Assembly (NCBI GenBank): GCA_007376135.1
Contig: VMFR01000001.1
Coordinates: 142,554 to 206,553 of the forward strand
Source: Parcubacteria group bacterium Gr01-1014_31
Lineage (GTDB): Bacteria > Patescibacteriota > Patescibacteriia > Buchananbacterales > GWA2-38-13
Length of the DNA stretch: 64,000 nucleotides
Direction of reading: 5' to 3'
The notes beneath the pieces were generated by a model that saw only the letters and a program-made list of their open reading frames with translations, did not search any database and was not told the origin of the DNA. The position numbers and the translations under genes were made by a program. Shown in pieces: positions 60,046 through 64,000 of this stretch; position 1 is the stretch's first letter, and the number at the start of each line of letters is the position of its first letter.

Positions 60046-61451
60046 ACATTGGGCATTCGGCGGCGGCGGACGATCGCCCATGGGGTCTTGAGCAGCGTCT
60101 GCAGGTCCAGCCATGGCGACCAGTTCTGGATGTAATAGCTGTCGAGCTTGACCTCCTCGCCGAAATCCAAAGGCCAGCGGCCGCTGACCTGCGCGAGGCC
60201 CGTGATGCCCGGCCGCACGTCCAAAAGCTGCCGTTGCACCCGGCTGTAGCGGGCAACCTCCTCCAATTCGTGCGGACGCGGCCCGACCAGGCTCATGGTG
60301 CCGCGGAGCACCAAAAATAGTTGCGGTAATTCGTCCATGCTCCACCGCCGGATGAGGCGTCCGACGCGCGTCACCCGCGGGTCGTTGGCGAATTTGATCA
60401 TTGGGGTGCCCTCGCGCAAATTTTTCTGCTGCGCGGCGAACGCGGGATCATAGCGCAACTGGTGCGCGTTGTGAACCATGGAACGGAATTTAATGAAACG
60501 GAAGCGGCGGCCGCGTTCCCCCACCCGGTCGTAGCTGAAGAGCGCGGGAAGCCCGGAGTCCAGCACGACCGCCACGGCAATGACGGCCATCAGCGGCAGC
60601 AGCAGGACGATCAATGCGGCCGCAACAATGATATCGAAACCCCGTTTCCAAATTTTCCCCCACCCGTCCAGCGGCGTGCGCTTCACTTCCACCATCGGCA
60701 CGCCGGCCTGGATGATGACCTGGAAATTCGCGACCTTGGTCCCGAGCAGGTCGGCCGTATAAGTATAATCCAAATGGTGCTCCTGGGTCAGCGCCAGCAG
60801 CTCCAGCGTTTGCTGCTGGTTCAGGTTGGGACCGGCCTGCACCACTTCGTCGATCTTGTCCTCGCGCGCCAGTCCGGTGATCTCCTGCGCGACGGACGGC
60901 GCGAAATCCGGGAACTGCGCGACGATGCGGTACCCCAGCGTGGGCCGCCTGGTGAATTCGCGCCGCAGGTCGGCGGCCACGCCGTTGCCGCCGATCAGCA
61001 CGAGCCGGTGCACGCCGATCCCCCACTGGTACAACACCCGCTGCAGCGAGCGGATCGCCACCCGCACCAAAAAGACGAACAGGACCGATAGCACCCACGC
61101 GCCCAGTAAAATGAAACGCGAGTCAAAAAGATAACGGGTGAAGAACATCACCGCCATCACTCCCGCCAAACACGTCGAACAGCCGAGCGCTATCTTTGCC
61201 AGTTCGTCGAACAGCCGGCGGTTGGGCGTAATGCGGTACAGGCCGGCGATCGCGAACACCAGTATCCCCGCAGCGCTGGCCAGCGCCGCCCACGGCAAAT
61301 ACGCGCCAAGCGGCAAACTGAAAATGACCGGGCGGATGACGCGCACCTGCGGCAGAAAACGGATCTGGTACGCGACCGCAGTTGCCGCCAGCAGCGCCAG
61401 ATAATCCAGCGGAACTGCCGCCGCGGAGAAAAATAGTTCGGAACGTTTCAT
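60042..61451 (-). CDS. Priming polyprenyl-phosphate sugar transferase (WcaJ/CpsE-like)
   Basis: KRGFDI, KFRSM, DPRVTRVG, DELPQL, MSLVGPRP, PGITGLAQVSGR. Confidence 0.92.
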   Translation of the reverse strand: MKRSELFFSAAAVPLDYLALLAATAVAYQIRFLPQVRVIRPVIFSLPLGAYLPWAALASAAGILVFAIAGLYRITPNRRLFDELAKIALGCSTCLAGVMAVMFFTRYLFDSRFILLGAWVLSVLFVFLVRVAIRSLQRVLYQWGIGVHRLVLIGGNGVAADLRREFTRRPTLGYRIVAQFPDFAPSVAQEITGLAREDKIDEVVQAGPNLNQQQTLELLALTQEHHLDYTYTADLLGTKVANFQVIIQAGVPMVEVKRTPLDGWGKIWKRGFDIIVAAALIVLLLPLMAVIAVAVVLDSGLPALFSYDRVGERGRRFRFIKFRSMVHNAHQLRYDPAFAAQQKNLREGTPMIKFANDPRVTRVGRLIRRWSMDELPQLFLVLRGTMSLVGPRPHELEEVARYSRVQRQLLDVRPGITGLAQVSGRWPLDFGEEVKLDSYYIQNWSPWLDLQTLLKTPWAIVRRRRMPNV

Positions 61452-61555
61452 GGTCCTTGGTCAGTTGTATGTAAAATCGCCCAAAAACGGTCGGAAATCC
61501 GTTGTGATTCTATCAAAATTGTTGGCTAAAAGCAACCACTTTTCTTGATTTTTCC

Positions 61556-61584
61556 TTGACAAGATTTCCCGCGCGTGGTATAAT
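61556..61584 (+). promoter_or_regulatory. Consensus sigma70 promoter of rnpB
   Basis: TTGACA-N17-TATAAT with extended TG. Confidence 0.85.
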
Positions 61585-61590
61585 TTTTCC

Positions 61591-62032
61591 GCTGTGGATA
61601 GCCAGGCGGTCGCTCCGATACACAATCGGAGAGGAAAGTCCGAACACCCTGGTTGTCAATTGACAATCTGTCGCGGTAGTGGGTAACGCCCACCCGGGCC
61701 GCAGCAATGCGGCTTGAGGACCAGTTCCACAGAGACCATACTAACCCCGAAGGGGTTATCCCGAGCGACGCCCGCAAGGGCGGAGTCGAGGGATCTCCCA
61801 TTCAGGGCAAAACGTGAAAAGTGTGGCGAGGTCATTGGCTACAAGTGGGAATTCCCGGTAGCTGACGGCTACGCTACTCCGCGCCCAGCGATGGGACGCG
61901 CGTGGTAAACTCTACCTGGTGCAATGCCAAGTTTGGTCGGCAGCATGAGGCCGCCAGCAATGACGGTCCCAGAGAGATGATCGCCACCCGCCTTCGGCGG
62001 GGACAGAATTCGGCTTACCGGCTATCTGCAGC
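61591..62032 (+). ncRNA. rnpB: RNase P RNA
   Basis: GAGGAAAGTCC, CACAGA, GGTAAAC and ACAGAA-TTCGGCTTA conserved regions; P1 GCTGTGGATAGCC/GGCTATCTGCAGC. Confidence 0.93.
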
Positions 62033-62067
62033 AATAAAAAACCCCGCCTCAGCGGGATTTTTTATTG
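62032..62067. terminator. Bidirectional terminator after rnpB
   Basis: CAATAAAAAA-CCCCGC-ctca-GCGGGA-TTTTTTATTG. Confidence 0.8.
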
Positions 62068-62261
62068 CCTAAAGCGTTTGCGTCCTGGTCTTTTTTCTGT
62101 CATTCGCCGTAACGGGTCGCGACCGCGATCACATCTTTGTCATAAGCGGCACGCTCGCAATCTGCGGCGTCGCGCTCATCCTGGGCTCCCGGCCCTAGTC
62201 TGCCCGTGGCAACGAAAAATCGCCCCTCCCGGGACGATTTTTTTGACCGAAGGCAGAAAAA

Positions 62262-62657
62262 TCACGCGCCTGAGTCGATGGCCTCGTTCACCAGGCGGTC
62301 CGCTTCCTTGTTGCGCTCGCGCGGCACGTGGGCAAATTTCAAAAGTTTGAACTTCGACCGCAGATTCCATATTTTCACGAACAGCCGGCCCAGCTCCGCA
62401 TCCTTTATCTTATATTCCTGGTTCAATTGCCGCACGACGAGTTCCGAGTCAAGATAGAATTGCAATTCCTGCAGCCTGAGTTTTTCCGCTTCTTCCAGGG
62501 CCAACAGCACTGCCAGGTACTCGGCCTGGTTATTGGTCGCATGCCCGATGAATTTTTTAAAATGATGCGTCTTTCCCCCGACTTCAATAACGACGCCAAC
62601 TCCTGCGGGGCCGGGATTACCTCTCGCACCACCATCGGTGTGGATGATTGCCTGCAT
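62262..62657 (-). CDS. rnhA: Ribonuclease HI
   Basis: TDGGARGNPGPAG, TNNQAEY, DSELVV, HVPRERNKEADRL. Confidence 0.95.
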   Translation of the reverse strand: MQAIIHTDGGARGNPGPAGVGVVIEVGGKTHHFKKFIGHATNNQAEYLAVLLALEEAEKLRLQELQFYLDSELVVRQLNQEYKIKDAELGRLFVKIWNLRSKFKLLKFAHVPRERNKEADRLVNEAIDSGA

Positions 62658-62755
62658 GTAGGTTCTATGTACTATGTTCTAAGTGCTAAGTGCGAACGAT
62701 TCACGACGGATTGATAACCGTACTTAGAACTTAGTACTTAGCACGTAGTACTTAT
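62658..62755. repeat. Inverted arrays of heptamer repeats (CTAAGTN / NACTTAG)
   Basis: gtaggtt-ctatgta-ctatgtt-ctaagtg-ctaagtg ... tacttag-aacttag-tacttag-cacgtag-tacttat. Confidence 0.8.
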
Positions 62756-62757
62756 AC

Positions 62758-64000
62758 TCAATTCACCTTTTGCACATCAACTATTTTCAGTTGCAGCTCG
62801 CGGTTGCCGTTCCATTGGTTGATGTCTACTTCGAACACCACGTCAATAACGTCGCCGGTTTTCAGTGCCGGGATGCGGTCGACGATGGAAAATCCTATCA
62901 GTTTGACCACCGGACTGCCGCCGTGCTGCGTTACCATTAAGCGCAGGTGGCGGCCGGTATTGCCCACCGGCGTGACCGACTGCACCTGCAGTGCGCGCGA
63001 CACGAATCTCGGTTTAGGATTACCGGTGCCGAACGGCTCCAGTCGCTGCAGCTCCTCCTGCAGCTGAAAGGTAACTTGCGCCAGATCCAGCTCCGCGTCA
63101 ATGGGGAGTATTGCCGCCACTTCGTCATCCGTCAAGGCGGCGGCGGCCAAGTGTTCCAGGTGTTCGCGGAACGGCTTGAGCGACGCCTCATCCTTGAGCG
63201 TGAAACCGCAGGCGAAATAGTGTCCGCCGAACCGGCTGAGGTACTCGCGGCACTCGGAAAGTGCCTCGGTGATGTTGAATCCGTGGACCGAGCGGCCCGA
63301 ACCGACCCAGTTCCCCTCGCCGGTGCGGCCGACCACCACCGCGGGACGCCCGAATTCGTCCGCGATCCGCCCGGCCACCAGCCCGACCAACCCGGGCGAC
63401 CAATCCTTGCCGTGGGCGAAGAGCAGCTTGCGCTCCCCTGCCGGGATCACCTGGCCGCGCGCGGATTGCCTCATCTGCTCGGTCAGCTGCTGGCGCTTGC
63501 GGTTTTGCTCATCCAGTTCCTCCGCCAGGCGTTCCACCTCGGTCGGGTCGGTCTTGACCAGCAAGTGGTAGGCCGACGAAGCATGGTTCATTCTTCCGGC
63601 GGCGTTGAGCCGCGGCGCCAGACCGAAACCGATGGCCTGCGTGTCCACGGACTCCGGCGCGACCTTGGCGACGTCCATCAGCGCGCGCAGCCCCAGCCGT
63701 CTGGTTTTCCGCAGCACGGTCAGTCCATAATGGACCAACGTCCGATTCTCTCCGACCAGCTCGCACATATCCGCCACCGTACTGACGGCGACCAAATCAA
63801 GCAGCCACTTCTCGTAGCCGACGGGCGGGAATTTTAACTTGGGGTGCTTCGCGCGCGTCGCATCCGCCAGCAACGCCTGTACCAGCTTGAACGCCATGCC
63901 GGTGCCCGACAGGTGCGGGTACGGATACGTTTCCCCGGGGAGCTTGGGATCCAGCAGCGTGAAAGCTTGCGGGAGAACGTCGGGCGGATTATGGTGGTCG
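62758..64000 (-). CDS. recJ: ssDNA exonuclease RecJ (5'-truncated by the window edge)
   Basis: TVADM, GENR, APRLNAAGRM, GSGRS, FGGH, LEPFGTGNPKP; DHH codons at the window edge. Confidence 0.95.
   Translation of the reverse strand, partial: DHHNPPDVLPQAFTLLDPKLPGETYPYPHLSGTGMAFKLVQALLADATRAKHPKLKFPPVGYEKWLLDLVAVSTVADMCELVGENRTLVHYGLTVLRKTRRLGLRALMDVAKVAPESVDTQAIGFGLAPRLNAAGRMNHASSAYHLLVKTDPTEVERLAEELDEQNRKRQQLTEQMRQSARGQVIPAGERKLLFAHGKDWSPGLVGLVAGRIADEFGRPAVVVGRTGEGNWVGSGRSVHGFNITEALSECREYLSRFGGHYFACGFTLKDEASLKPFREHLEHLAAAALTDDEVAAILPIDAELDLAQVTFQLQEELQRLEPFGTGNPKPRFVSRALQVQSVTPVGNTGRHLRLMVTQHGGSPVVKLIGFSIVDRIPALKTGDVIDVVFEVDINQWNGNRELQLKIVDVQKVN

Noticed and set aside
61810-61830. AAAAGTGTGG in rnpB resembling the tRNA-cassette IR motif
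   Set aside because: It coincides with the conserved GTGAAA region of RNase P RNA and has no matching partner arm, so it is probably chance.
62658-62755. CRISPR array
   Set aside because: The units are tandem 7-mers without spacers, and no cas genes are present.
1-64000. Alternative genetic code (UGA=Gly, code 25)
   Set aside because: Conserved genes are uninterrupted under code 11 and several end at TGA.

Overview
High-GC Patescibacteria (CPR, Parcubacteria-like) chromosomal segment using genetic code 11. It is mostly housekeeping and envelope genes: priA end-def-fmt, two glycosyltransferase clusters, infA-rpmJ-rpsM-rpsK-rpsD-rpoA-rplQ-rplM-rpsI, alaS, mnmA, clpB with a perfect CIRCE, ugd, secDF, ftsEX, yidC, dnaB-ybaB-recR, a divergent purF, tgt, RNase P RNA, rnhA and recJ. 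The standout feature is non-coding: three loci of nested ('Matryoshka') tRNA genes. At each, an intact tRNA (Gly-CCC, Thr-CGT, Gln-TTG) is held in a long inverted-repeat helix with a shared CACA/TGTG motif and inserted inside a decayed tRNA shell that appears to be the same isotype. At the Gly locus (clearly) and the Gln locus (by homology of the 3' piece) the insertion lies at anticodon position 36/37. The Gln locus holds a second, degenerate tRNA-Gln in a ~420-nt folded RNA. Other oddities are RpoA without an alpha-CTD, SecD with an inserted parvulin domain, a CotH protein with a Planctomycete-style dockerin, an orphan divergent PurF, and an inverted pgsA. All calls were made by eye from motifs and base pairing; no database searches were run.
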